Assembly (NCBI GenBank): GCA_046598515.1
Contig: JBKJIP010000271.1
Location: forward strand, 1 to 33,763
DNA from: Fimbriimonadaceae bacterium
Lineage (GTDB): Bacteria > Armatimonadota > Fimbriimonadia > Fimbriimonadales > Fimbriimonadaceae
Length of the DNA stretch: 33,763 nucleotides
Reading direction: 5' to 3'
The translations under genes were made by a program, and so were the position numbers. Each line of letters opens with the position of its first letter. Within the stretch, counting starts at the first letter, position 1. A model generated the notes under the pieces. It did not search any database. It had not been told where the DNA came from and saw only the letters and a program-made list of their open reading frames with translations. Shown here in pieces: positions 1 through 7,977 of the stretch.

Positions 1-81
1 GTCAGCAAGGGTGTAGACGCGGCCCAGTGCAGCGCCCTTCTGTGCCCTTCTGCGTCCCTCTGTGGTTAAAGGAATCTCTCC

Positions 82-639
82 CTAGCCCACGAAGAGCCGC
101 CGAAGCTTATCCAAGCATCGCGCTCGGGTGGGCCCGATCGCTCCGATCGCAATCTTCAGCCGCTCCGCGATCTCCTGATAAGCGCTCTCCTCAAAGTAAA
201 GGAGCTTTAGAAGCTGCTCACAGCGGCCGCCTAGTTTCGCGAGTGCCCGATGTAGTCCCTCGGTCTGGACGGCATCGATAGCCATGGTCTCGGCGGAGGC
301 ATCCTCGGCGGCAAGCTGCTCGTCCAGGTTCTCGAACCCCTGCTTCGATAGTCGCCGCGAGACGCGATAGGTTTCCCGAGAAGCGGTCGTGGCCAGCCAT
401 CGCGGAAGGGTCTGCGGATCGTCGATCCGATCGAGGTGCCTGTACAGGGCGACGAAGGTGCCCTGGAAGACGTCGTCACAATCGGAATCGCCGAGGCCGG
501 AGCGTTTGGGAATGGAATAGACCAACCGCTGGAACTCGGCGACCAACGAATTCCAAGCGCGTTCGTCCCCAAGGAGGCTTTTTCGAATCCAGACGCCATA
601 AATCTTCCCTTTTTCTTCGAAAGATGTATCAGCGTTCAC
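82..639 (-). CDS. ECF-subfamily sigma-70 RNA polymerase sigma factor
   Basis: 185-aa ORF. Region 2-like DDVFQGTFVALYRHLDRIDD...LPRWLATTASRETYRVSRR and region 4 HTH SAYQEIAERLKIAIGAIGPTRARCLDKLRR. GTG start at 639 with AGGAGAGGG a few nt upstream on the minus strand. Confidence 0.9.
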   Translation of the reverse strand: MNADTSFEEKGKIYGVWIRKSLLGDERAWNSLVAEFQRLVYSIPKRSGLGDSDCDDVFQGTFVALYRHLDRIDDPQTLPRWLATTASRETYRVSRRLSKQGFENLDEQLAAEDASAETMAIDAVQTEGLHRALAKLGGRCEQLLKLLYFEESAYQEIAERLKIAIGAIGPTRARCLDKLRRLFVG

Positions 640-698
640 GGTGACCCTCTCCTAGTTTCCACGAGCTGATAGAAAGTCAGCCAAGTAGGAACTCCAAA

Positions 699-1073
699 AT
701 GAAGAACATCTTAATCGTACTCGCAACCGCTTCCCTCATGGCCGGCGCCGTCGCTCAGACTGGCCGAGCCGAGTATCAAGCCAACATGGCCGGCCAAGGC
801 AAGGGCAAAGCCAAATGGCAAATCCGCGACAGCGGAACGCAGAAGCAAGCCGAGCTCGAAGTCGAAGGGGAGAACCTCACCAAGAACGCGGTCTACAAGG
901 TTCGCATCCTTGCTTATAGCTGGAATGTGACTACCGACGCGCTTGGCCGATTCACCCTTGTTCGACGGTACACGACAGCGACCCGCCCGAACATCCTCGC
1001 CGGAACGCAAGCCAAGCTTTATCGAGCGAACGGCACACTCGCTCAGAGCGGGGTTTTTATTCGAACCCGCTAA
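699..1073 (+). CDS. small secreted hypothetical protein
   Basis: 124-aa ORF with a signal-peptide-like N-terminus (MKNILIVLATASLMAGAVAQ). AGGAA upstream of the ATG. No recognised catalytic motif. First gene divergent from the ECF sigma gene. Confidence 0.6.
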   Translation: MKNILIVLATASLMAGAVAQTGRAEYQANMAGQGKGKAKWQIRDSGTQKQAELEVEGENLTKNAVYKVRILAYSWNVTTDALGRFTLVRRYTTATRPNILAGTQAKLYRANGTLAQSGVFIRTR

Positions 1074-1166
1074 CCAGGCTTCTCATCACCCTCCACCAAA
1101 GAAAGGCGCGGGCGTCCACGGGCGCCCGTCGCTTTACCCCACAAACTCTGTATCCTCTGAGGAAGT

Positions 1167-1682
1167 ATGCGAAACATGGAATGCCGCAAGCACTGGAATG
1201 AGCTGGTCGATCTGGCCGAGGGCCGAGACATGCCCGAGGCCACCGCCCATGCTTCTTCGTGCGATTCCTGCGGCCAGCGCCTTCAGGATCTCCGCGAAAT
1301 GATCCGACTCACGGGAGCGGCCGTTCACGTAGCGCCGGTCGAGTCCATTTCCCGTGCTCAAGCCATCTTCGCGCCCCGCCGCCCAGTGGTTCTGGCCCGA
1401 CTTGCGGCCGTGGGATCGGGCGCCCGCGCCGTGGCCGAGTCAATGCAAATCCGGTGGGAAGCCGATGGCCTCTCTGTTCGGCTGATGATCCGTCAAGAGG
1501 GATCGGGCTGGCAAGTTCTTGGTCAGATTTCGGGCACGTCGGCGGTCGAGATTCTCTACGGCGATGAAAAGATCGCCATCACAAACGGCGCTTTCGAATT
1601 CACGGCCCCGAGCTTGGATGAAGATTTCTGGGTCGATGAAGGTGAGCGATTAGTTCGCATTCCCCTCCGGTCCGAGGCGTAG
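1167..1682 (+). CDS. putative soluble zinc-binding (ZAS-type) anti-sigma factor
   Basis: 171-aa ORF. Cys6 plus H28-x3-C32-x2-C35 (AHASSCDSCGQ, nt 1248-1271) matches the HxxxCxxC ZAS signature. No clear transmembrane helix. Lies next to the ECF sigma gene. Stop codon is 2 nt before the CHAT gene ATG. Confidence 0.6.
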   Translation: MRNMECRKHWNELVDLAEGRDMPEATAHASSCDSCGQRLQDLREMIRLTGAAVHVAPVESISRAQAIFAPRRPVVLARLAAVGSGARAVAESMQIRWEADGLSVRLMIRQEGSGWQVLGQISGTSAVEILYGDEKIAITNGAFEFTAPSLDEDFWVDEGERLVRIPLRSEA

Positions 1683-1684
1683 CC

Positions 1685-4165
1685 ATGACTCCCGAAGAGC
1701 TGCTCTCTGCGTTTGAATCGGCTTCGACCCGCCGTCAAGCCGAGCGCATCCTAGGCAATACCGACATTTCGGAGGCTTTCTTCTTTCGGGTCGCCGCCCT
1801 CAGCGGCCAAGACCCTCGGGCTTGCATCCGCCTCGCACGCCGGGCCGCTTGGATGCCCACATCGCAGTTGGGATATGTTTATCGGGCGAAAGCGGTTGGA
1901 GCGAGGGCCGCCGGCAAGTGGCAGCTCGCCGCGGATTTCTTCTTCCAGGCCGCGAATCATTGCAAAGGCAACGATAAGTGGGCATTTTCCATTGGGGCCA
2001 TCGACAGCTTGGCCCGAGCCGGCAAGCCCGCCGAGGCGGTCGAGTACGGTCTAAAGGCAATCCGCGGCATCAAGAACGATGACCACCTAAAGGCGAGGGC
2101 GCGGCTCAATGTTGCCAATGCGCTGGTTTGGCAAGATCGAAACTCCGAAGCCGCTCAGGAGTACGCCCGGGCGCTTAATCTCTTGCCTCCACATGCGACG
2201 CTCGAACAAGCGAGCGCTTCGCTCGGGCTCTCCACGGCTGCACTTCTTGGTGACGATCCGCTCGCCGCTCGCGACGCCGCAGAGCGGGCGGCCCAGCTCT
2301 TCGACTCGGAGGAGATGACGTACCACGCCAATCTTGCCCGACTGAATCTAGCTCAGGCGGACTTGCAACTTGGACGGCCAGACGACGCCGTCCGACAGTT
2401 CCTCGAACTGGTGCCTGCGTTCGATGACTCCCCGCCCGATGTAGTTCGGATTCAGGAGTTCCTAGGCGATTGCTATCTACGGCTCAATCTTTCCAGCGAG
2501 GCGGAGAGCGCCTATCGCACGGCCCTGCGTTCGACCGCAATCGAGGAAATGCCTCTGAACTTGGCAAACTGCCGTTTCGGTCTGGCGCGCCTATTGGAGC
2601 GGAAGAGTCCGAAAGAATCCCAGCGCCTTTACCGCTTGGCCGCGCGAAGCTACGGTCAGGTAGACAACCGACCCTGGGAACTGGCAGCGAGCGGAAGAGC
2701 CGTGCCCTCTGGAGTTTCGAAGGCCGTCGCTGAACTGACCGCTTTGAAAGCCAGATACTTGACCGAGGACCTCGCCATCTGGGGGGCGGAAGCCGGAGTC
2801 TTGGTGATCCCGGCCAAGCCCAAGTCGCCGCCGCTCGAGTGGCGATATGCCCTCTTGATCGCGAGGCAGAAGCCGACCCGAGCGAACTACCGCAAGGTTT
2901 TCGAACTCATCGAGCGAGACCGGCAAGCCATCCGCACACCGAGCGCTGCTCTGCGATTCTTTGACGACCGCGGAGCGGCCGTCAACGAGTATCTCGAACT
3001 CCTCATCGATGCCGGCGATGTGGCGGGCGCGATCGACGTCATCACCCGATCACGTTCGGCCGCTCTTATCGATGAAATCGTCGCTTCGCGTGGACAGCAG
3101 CTGAGTCCCAAAGCTCTCAACGAGTTGAGCATCCTTCGCTACGCCTACGGAGCCGATCAAGCTCCAGGCTCCCGACTTCGCAATGACCTTCATGCCGTGA
3201 CTCCCCGGCAATGGACCGAATACACCTGGGATTTGCGCGCGGCAACCGACGCGGCCCGGCCGGCTCGCAAAGCCGCCGACGGAGACGTCTGGCTGGATAC
3301 CGGTGAGAGGATGTATCGCCTTCGGGGCGAAACCTCGGCGAAGATGCCCTTCACAACGCACGATTTAGCGAGAAAGCTCGACTGGCTCGAGTTCTATCTC
3401 TTCGAGCCCATGATCGACCCGGCGGCCGACTGGAACTGTCCGGGAGAGGCCATTACCGAACTCGCCGCCGCCATTGACACACCGAAAGGAACGGTTTGCC
3501 CGGACGGCGTCCTTTGGAGAGCACCCTGGACATTGCTCTCCGAAGGCGAAGTCACGCTGGTCCTCAACCCCGCTGACATGATGGGAGAAGTGCGGATGCC
3601 TGAGTCCCCCCGGGTTGCGGTTTGGGCCGCGCACGCCGTCGACCTGCCCTCCATCGATGAAGAAATCGATGCCGTGCTTGCGGCTTTTCCGAATGCCGAT
3701 GTGCTCACTACGCGGGCCGAAGTCCGGGCAAGCTACGGGCAGGAATATGACTTGATCCACGTTGCGGGTCATGCTCGGATCAACCCGGAGAGTCCGGCGC
3801 TCTCCTACATCGACTTTGGCGATGGACCCCTCCACGCCACAGAAATCGCGCGTAGCGGGCTACGCGTGAAACTGGCTATCGTGGCCGCATGCCGATCGGG
3901 AATGGCGCTGTCTCATCAGCGTTTCGAACCTGAGGGGATCGTTCGCTCCTTCCTCGCATGTGGAGCCGAAGCGGCGGTCGGCAGTCTGTGGCCCCTCGAT
4001 GATAGATTTACGGCCAGTTTTATGCGGGCGCTGTACCCTCAGTTGGCGTATAGAGAAACACTCCTGACGGCGATGAGCTCTGCTCGACGGCATTGCCGCG
4101 AACACTTCCCCCACCCCTACTACTGGGGCTCCCTAGCCACCTTTGGAGGCTATCGAAACTTATGA
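1685..4165 (+). CDS. TPR-repeat / CHAT-domain caspase-like protease (cytoplasmic)
   Basis: 826-aa ORF. The N-terminal half is helical and TPR-like. The C-terminal CHAT signature has candidate dyad His696 (DLIHVAGHARIN, codon 3770-3772) and Cys736 (AIVAACRSG, codon 3890-3892). No signal peptide. Confidence 0.85.
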   Translation: MTPEELLSAFESASTRRQAERILGNTDISEAFFFRVAALSGQDPRACIRLARRAAWMPTSQLGYVYRAKAVGARAAGKWQLAADFFFQAANHCKGNDKWAFSIGAIDSLARAGKPAEAVEYGLKAIRGIKNDDHLKARARLNVANALVWQDRNSEAAQEYARALNLLPPHATLEQASASLGLSTAALLGDDPLAARDAAERAAQLFDSEEMTYHANLARLNLAQADLQLGRPDDAVRQFLELVPAFDDSPPDVVRIQEFLGDCYLRLNLSSEAESAYRTALRSTAIEEMPLNLANCRFGLARLLERKSPKESQRLYRLAARSYGQVDNRPWELAASGRAVPSGVSKAVAELTALKARYLTEDLAIWGAEAGVLVIPAKPKSPPLEWRYALLIARQKPTRANYRKVFELIERDRQAIRTPSAALRFFDDRGAAVNEYLELLIDAGDVAGAIDVITRSRSAALIDEIVASRGQQLSPKALNELSILRYAYGADQAPGSRLRNDLHAVTPRQWTEYTWDLRAATDAARPARKAADGDVWLDTGERMYRLRGETSAKMPFTTHDLARKLDWLEFYLFEPMIDPAADWNCPGEAITELAAAIDTPKGTVCPDGVLWRAPWTLLSEGEVTLVLNPADMMGEVRMPESPRVAVWAAHAVDLPSIDEEIDAVLAAFPNADVLTTRAEVRASYGQEYDLIHVAGHARINPESPALSYIDFGDGPLHATEIARSGLRVKLAIVAACRSGMALSHQRFEPEGIVRSFLACGAEAAVGSLWPLDDRFTASFMRALYPQLAYRETLLTAMSSARRHCREHFPHPYYWGSLATFGGYRNL

Positions 4166-5373
4166 AAACCAATCTCATCCGCATGACGCTTACCCTGGCC
4201 CTGATGGCGGGCACCTTGATGGTCAATGCCCAGGACATGCTCATCGTTCGAGTGAAGGACCCGGCTTTCGCTTATCCGGTGGCAGGAGCGCACAGTCTCA
4301 CCGTCCTGGATCGCACCGTCGGCGCGCCGTTTGTGTACTACCGAACGCCCGTCGGTTCCGTGAAGGAGACGGTGGTGGCGAATCTGATGGCGGACACGCG
4401 GGTGGTGTGGGTGGAGGATGACGACACCGTCGAATCCGCCGAAAATCAAAGCGGCGGCAAAGGCAGCACTGTCGCTGCCGTGAACGACCGGACGACTCTC
4501 TATGCGTTCAACGGCTCGATGCTAAGCAAAATCAGCTTCGTGCCCGATCGAGCCCAAGCGCCGGGAAGAGCCGTCAAGATCGCGATCCTGGATACTGGTC
4601 TGGCCCGACGTTCCTTCGCGTTGTGGCACCGCGTGGTGAACAGTGCGAACTTCGTCGAGTCCGGTGCATCGGCCTATGACCAACCGAAAGGGACTGACTC
4701 GAACGGAAACAGCGTTCCCGACGAGGGCGTCGGCCACGGCACCTTTGTGGCGGGTCTCGTCGATCAGGTCGCTCCGCTTTGTCCCCTCGTTATCGTTCGC
4801 GTCGCCGACAGCGACGGCGTCGCCACCGCGTGGAGATTGACGAAAGGGATCGCCTATGCGGTCACCAGCGGCTGCGAAGTCGCCAACATTAGCTTGGGAG
4901 CTCCCCGAAACGTGGTAGCTCTGCATGACGTTTGCGAATGGGCGATGGCTCAGGGCTTGTTGATCGTCGGCGCGGCGGGCAACGACAATGACAACAGAGC
5001 CCATGATCCCGCCCGTTCAAGCAGCGTCGTCTGTGTTTCCGGAGTGGATGCCAACGATCGCAAAGCGAGCTTTGCGAACTGGGAATCCAGCGTCGCCTCC
5101 AGCGCCCCGGCAACGGGCATCAAGAGCGCTTGGGTCGATGGGACGACCGTGATCTGGCAAGGAACTTCCTTCGCTTCCCCGCTCGTGGCGGGCGGAATCG
5201 CCGATTCGTTGCGACGCCGAGCCCGGGCGTACCCGATCGACCTCCAGCGAGTAGCAAGCCGAGCCGGCGACGGCATCAACGCGTTGAATCCGAACTACGA
5301 TCACAAACTGGGTGTACGGCTTAACCTCACGAAACTGGATAACAGCATCAAGGCGCTCCGAAACCGACCGTAA
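4162..5373 (+). CDS. secreted subtilisin-family (peptidase S8) serine protease with propeptide
   Basis: Start moved to ATG 4162 (MKTNLIRMTLTLALMAGTLMVNAQ signal peptide), which overlaps the CHAT stop as ATGA. Triad motifs: IAILDTGL (Asp144, 4591-4593), GHGTFVAG (His192, 4735-4737), GTSFASPLVAG (Ser336, 5167-5169). I9-like propeptide region. Confidence 0.9.
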   Translation: MKTNLIRMTLTLALMAGTLMVNAQDMLIVRVKDPAFAYPVAGAHSLTVLDRTVGAPFVYYRTPVGSVKETVVANLMADTRVVWVEDDDTVESAENQSGGKGSTVAAVNDRTTLYAFNGSMLSKISFVPDRAQAPGRAVKIAILDTGLARRSFALWHRVVNSANFVESGASAYDQPKGTDSNGNSVPDEGVGHGTFVAGLVDQVAPLCPLVIVRVADSDGVATAWRLTKGIAYAVTSGCEVANISLGAPRNVVALHDVCEWAMAQGLLIVGAAGNDNDNRAHDPARSSSVVCVSGVDANDRKASFANWESSVASSAPATGIKSAWVDGTTVIWQGTSFASPLVAGGIADSLRRRARAYPIDLQRVASRAGDGINALNPNYDHKLGVRLNLTKLDNSIKALRNRP

Positions 5374-5376
5374 CCC

Positions 5377-5399
5377 GTAGCATGACCGTCCCGGTCATG
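5377..5399 (+). repeat. solo REP element (GTAG + CATGACCG-TCC-CGGTCATG hairpin), probable terminator of the S8 gene
   Basis: Identical to the outer REP of the RAYT-flanking doublets at 14596-14618 and 15303-15325. Perfect 8-bp stem with a 3-nt loop, 3 nt after the TAA stop. Confidence 0.75.
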
Positions 5400-5553
5400 G
5401 CGGCTAGGATAGAGCTTGGCTTGAAACCGAAAAGCCCCATTTTAAAGCGCGGCCACGGGCCGCGCACTCCCAGGACCCGGTGAAAAGCACAGAGTTTTCG
5501 AGTGCGCTGTAAATCGACTGAACCCGGCTCGACGGGCGGGACATGAATGGTTC

Positions 5554-6054
5554 ATGCAGCTTTTGGATCAAGTCCGCGTCGCTAAGCCTTGTCCCGCTTC
5601 CTGGAGCGAAATGAGCGGCGATGACCGCGCCCGGCATTGCTCGCTTTGCCGATTGAATGTGTACAACCTGTCGGGATTGACCCGCTCCGAGGCCGAATCC
5701 TTTCTTCAGAAGGTGGAGGGCCGAGTGTGCGTCCGCTACTACGAGCGAGCCGACGGCAAAGTCATGACCCGCGACTGCCCGAAAGGCATGGCCGCCGTCC
5801 GGCGGAGTGCGGCGATGTCGCTTCTGATGATCGCGACGGTTTGGACAACCGCGGCATCATTCCTCCTCGCCAAACCGATTCCTCGTGCGAAATTCGAAGA
5901 AGTAAAGACGCAGGTTCGAGAGTCCGAGCCGATCAAGTCGATCCTCGACAAAATTTCTCCACCCCCTCCCGTCGTAATGGGCAAGATGCCCGTGACAATG
6001 GGAATGGTCGCCCCAACGCCCGCGCCGGTCCCGCCCACTCCTAAGAAGCCGTAA
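5554..6054 (+). CDS. membrane-anchored Cys-rich (zinc-ribbon-like) hypothetical protein with Pro-rich C-terminus
   Basis: 166-aa ORF. N-terminal KPCPASWSEMSGDDRARHCSLCRLNVYNLSGLTRSEAESFL block with further Cys in RVCVRYY and RDCPKG. One hydrophobic helix (AAMSLLMIATVWTTAASFLLA). PPPVV...PTPAPVPPTPKKP tail. Confidence 0.6.
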   Translation: MQLLDQVRVAKPCPASWSEMSGDDRARHCSLCRLNVYNLSGLTRSEAESFLQKVEGRVCVRYYERADGKVMTRDCPKGMAAVRRSAAMSLLMIATVWTTAASFLLAKPIPRAKFEEVKTQVRESEPIKSILDKISPPPPVVMGKMPVTMGMVAPTPAPVPPTPKKP

Positions 6055-6159
6055 AAAAGACATCTGGCCCGCCTCCCCTAGGCGATGTTTGTGCGCCTGG
6101 GGGAGGTCGGTGAGTTTACGAACCGGGTGGGGGCAAGTCCCCGACATCTGCCCCGCAAG

Positions 6160-7848
6160 ATGTGGGGTAAGACCAGCGTTATGCTGGTCTTGATCGCGCT
6201 TGCCTTCGCCGCTCCTGCCGATACCGTTATCGAACACGCGACACTCTGGTCGGACGGCAAGACGACGAAGGACACCTGCATCGCCATTCGAGATGGACGC
6301 TTCGTGAGCGTCGGTCGAAGAGATGCGAGCCTGATCGGCCCCGAGACCAAGGTCGTCGATGCGAAGGGCGCCTTCGTGATGCCGGGCGTTATCGACAGCC
6401 ACATGCATCTCATGCGCGGCGGCATTCGGCTTCACTACCTGCGCCTCGACAAGGCAAACACAAAGACCGAATTCCTCGACCAGATCAAGGCATACGCCGA
6501 GAAACAGCCTGCCGAAGGCTGGGTGATCGGTTCCGGCTGGTCAGCCGAGAGTTGGCCCGAGAAGGTCCAGCCGAACCGGGAGATGCTCGACTCTGTGACG
6601 GGAGATCGACCGGCGGCGCTGACCCGCATGGACGGTCACAGCGTCCTACTAAACTCCAAGGCCCTCAAGCTAATGGGAATCGACAAGGCGGGACCGCCGA
6701 ACCCGAACGGAGGTTCGATCGATCGCGATGCCGCCGGCGAGCCGACCGGCCTGCTGCGGGAAACCGCGATGGGCCTTCTCCGGCTTCCCCCCTCGACTCC
6801 GGAACAGATCTATCGTGGCTTCCAAGATGCGGTCAAGATGGCGAACTCGATGGGCATTACCGCCGCCGGAGAGATCGGAAGCTGGATCGACAATGACTCC
6901 TATCTCAAGTATGCCCAAGGGGAGCCCACGATCCGACTTGGCCTATTCCCCGTGGCGACCAACTGGACGAATGAGATCCAAGCCACCAAGGGCTTCCGAA
7001 GCATCGCCGGATGGGTCTATGGGCGAGGCATCAAGGGCTATATGGACGGCACGCTCGGCTCGCGAACCGCGTTCATGTTCGAACCGTTCACCAAGCAGCT
7101 TCCCGACCAAACCAGCCCGACCGGTCTGCCCCGCGCCGGCTTCGGGGACGGCTCCTATGCCAAGGGAGTGAAAGCCGCTGCCGCCGCGAACCTTCAAGTT
7201 CTTTTTCACGCGATCGGAGATCGAGCGAACAGCGAAGTTCTCAACATGTACGATGCGAATGCGCCGGGCCTGAGCCGACGTCGATTCCGAATCGAGCATG
7301 CTCAACACCTGGCCCCAGCCGACATTCCGCGCTTCGGCAAACTCGGCGTCATCGCATCCCTTCAGCCGTATCACAAGGCCGACGACGGCCGATACTGCGA
7401 GGAGATCATCGGCACCGAGCGAAGTCGAACGAGCTACGCCTACCGAGACCTCCTCAAGAGCGGGGCTCGTTTGGCATTCGGCTCCGACTGGCCGGTCGTT
7501 ACGGCCAATCCGTGGCTCGGAATCGAGACGGCCGTCACGGGGCGGATCATGACCGGGGCCGTATGGATGCCGCACCAGAACATCACGGTCGACGAAGCCC
7601 TGCAGGCTTACACCAGCGGAGGTGCCTACGCGATGGGAATGGAGGGCGAGATCGGACAAGTCCGCGTCGGCTTCCGGGCCGACCTCCTCATCCTTAATGA
7701 ATCGCCTTTCGGCAGCGCACCCGACTGGAAGGCCATGCGTCCGGAGCGGGCGTGGGTCGACGGCCGAGAGCTTTCGCTCGCAAACATGCGTGAGGAAGCA
7801 AAGGGTGGGGCCCCGGACGACTGTTGTGTCAGTCACCCCTCTCCGTGA
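6160..7848 (+). CDS. metal-dependent amidohydrolase (Amidohydro_3 / YtcJ-like), secreted
   Basis: VMPGVIDSHMHLMRGG metal-binding motif, FHAIGDRAN, RIEHAQH, GSDWPV. ATG 6160 gives signal peptide MWGKTSVMLVLIALAFAAPA and is preferred over the track start at 6085. Confidence 0.85.
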   Translation: MWGKTSVMLVLIALAFAAPADTVIEHATLWSDGKTTKDTCIAIRDGRFVSVGRRDASLIGPETKVVDAKGAFVMPGVIDSHMHLMRGGIRLHYLRLDKANTKTEFLDQIKAYAEKQPAEGWVIGSGWSAESWPEKVQPNREMLDSVTGDRPAALTRMDGHSVLLNSKALKLMGIDKAGPPNPNGGSIDRDAAGEPTGLLRETAMGLLRLPPSTPEQIYRGFQDAVKMANSMGITAAGEIGSWIDNDSYLKYAQGEPTIRLGLFPVATNWTNEIQATKGFRSIAGWVYGRGIKGYMDGTLGSRTAFMFEPFTKQLPDQTSPTGLPRAGFGDGSYAKGVKAAAAANLQVLFHAIGDRANSEVLNMYDANAPGLSRRRFRIEHAQHLAPADIPRFGKLGVIASLQPYHKADDGRYCEEIIGTERSRTSYAYRDLLKSGARLAFGSDWPVVTANPWLGIETAVTGRIMTGAVWMPHQNITVDEALQAYTSGGAYAMGMEGEIGQVRVGFRADLLILNESPFGSAPDWKAMRPERAWVDGRELSLANMREEAKGGAPDDCCVSHPSP

Positions 7849-7963
7849 AGGTTTGTGTCACGGAGAGGGGCGTGGGGAAAGCCTTCCAAACTTCCCGGAG
7901 ATTCCAAGGCTCTCTTTCCCCACGCCTGCCCCTCCCCACGGCACGAACATCCGTGGAGAGGGG
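7836..7963. terminator. three consecutive long palindromes between convergent genes (bidirectional terminator / repeat element)
   Basis: Hairpin 1: 7836-7848 / 7858-7870, 13-bp perfect stem (CCCCTCTCCGTGA / TCACGGAGAGGGG). Hairpin 2: 7869-7881 / 7914-7926, 13-bp perfect stem (GGCGTGGGGAAAG / CTTTCCCCACGCC). Hairpin 3: 7929-7941 / 7951-7963, 13 bp with 1 mismatch. Hairpin 1 includes the amidohydrolase stop codon. Confidence 0.55.
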
Positions 7964-7977
7964 TTCTGAGGCTGGAT

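Noticed and set aside
1117-1128. ACGGGCGCCCGT 12-nt palindrome between the small secreted protein gene and the anti-sigma gene, considered as a terminator or ECF promoter element.
   Set aside because: A loop-less palindrome with only weak flanking pairing and no clear U-tract does not support a terminator call. I also found no convincing GGAAC...CGT ECF-type promoter in 640-698 or 1074-1166.
699-1682. A bacterial gasdermin gene upstream of the CHAT and S8 proteases.
   Set aside because: The two upstream ORFs are 124 and 171 aa. One has a signal peptide and the other a ZAS zinc motif. Neither has the size (~240-270 aa) nor the features expected of bGSDM, so a canonical gasdermin operon is not supported.
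4093-4161. Track start at 4093 for the subtilase ORF (MPRTLPPPLLLG...).
   Set aside because: That segment lies wholly inside the CHAT coding region. ATG 4162 gives a classical signal peptide and an ATGA stop/start overlap, so it is the more credible start.
4718-4733. CCGACG-AGGG-CGTCGG palindrome resembling the REP family-2 core, inside the subtilase gene.
   Set aside because: The stem is only 6 bp and the flanks do not match the family consensus. It encodes the conserved ..PDEGVGHG.. region next to the catalytic His, so the resemblance is most likely coincidental.
5404-5637. 77-aa minus-strand ORF, and the GCGCGGCC-ACG-GGCCGCGC hairpin (5447-5465) between the subtilase and the Cys-rich protein genes.
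   Set aside because: The ORF has no RBS or motif and overlaps the start of the plus-strand gene. The hairpin is real but lacks a U-tract on the plus strand, and no minus-strand gene feeds into it. I cannot assign it a function.
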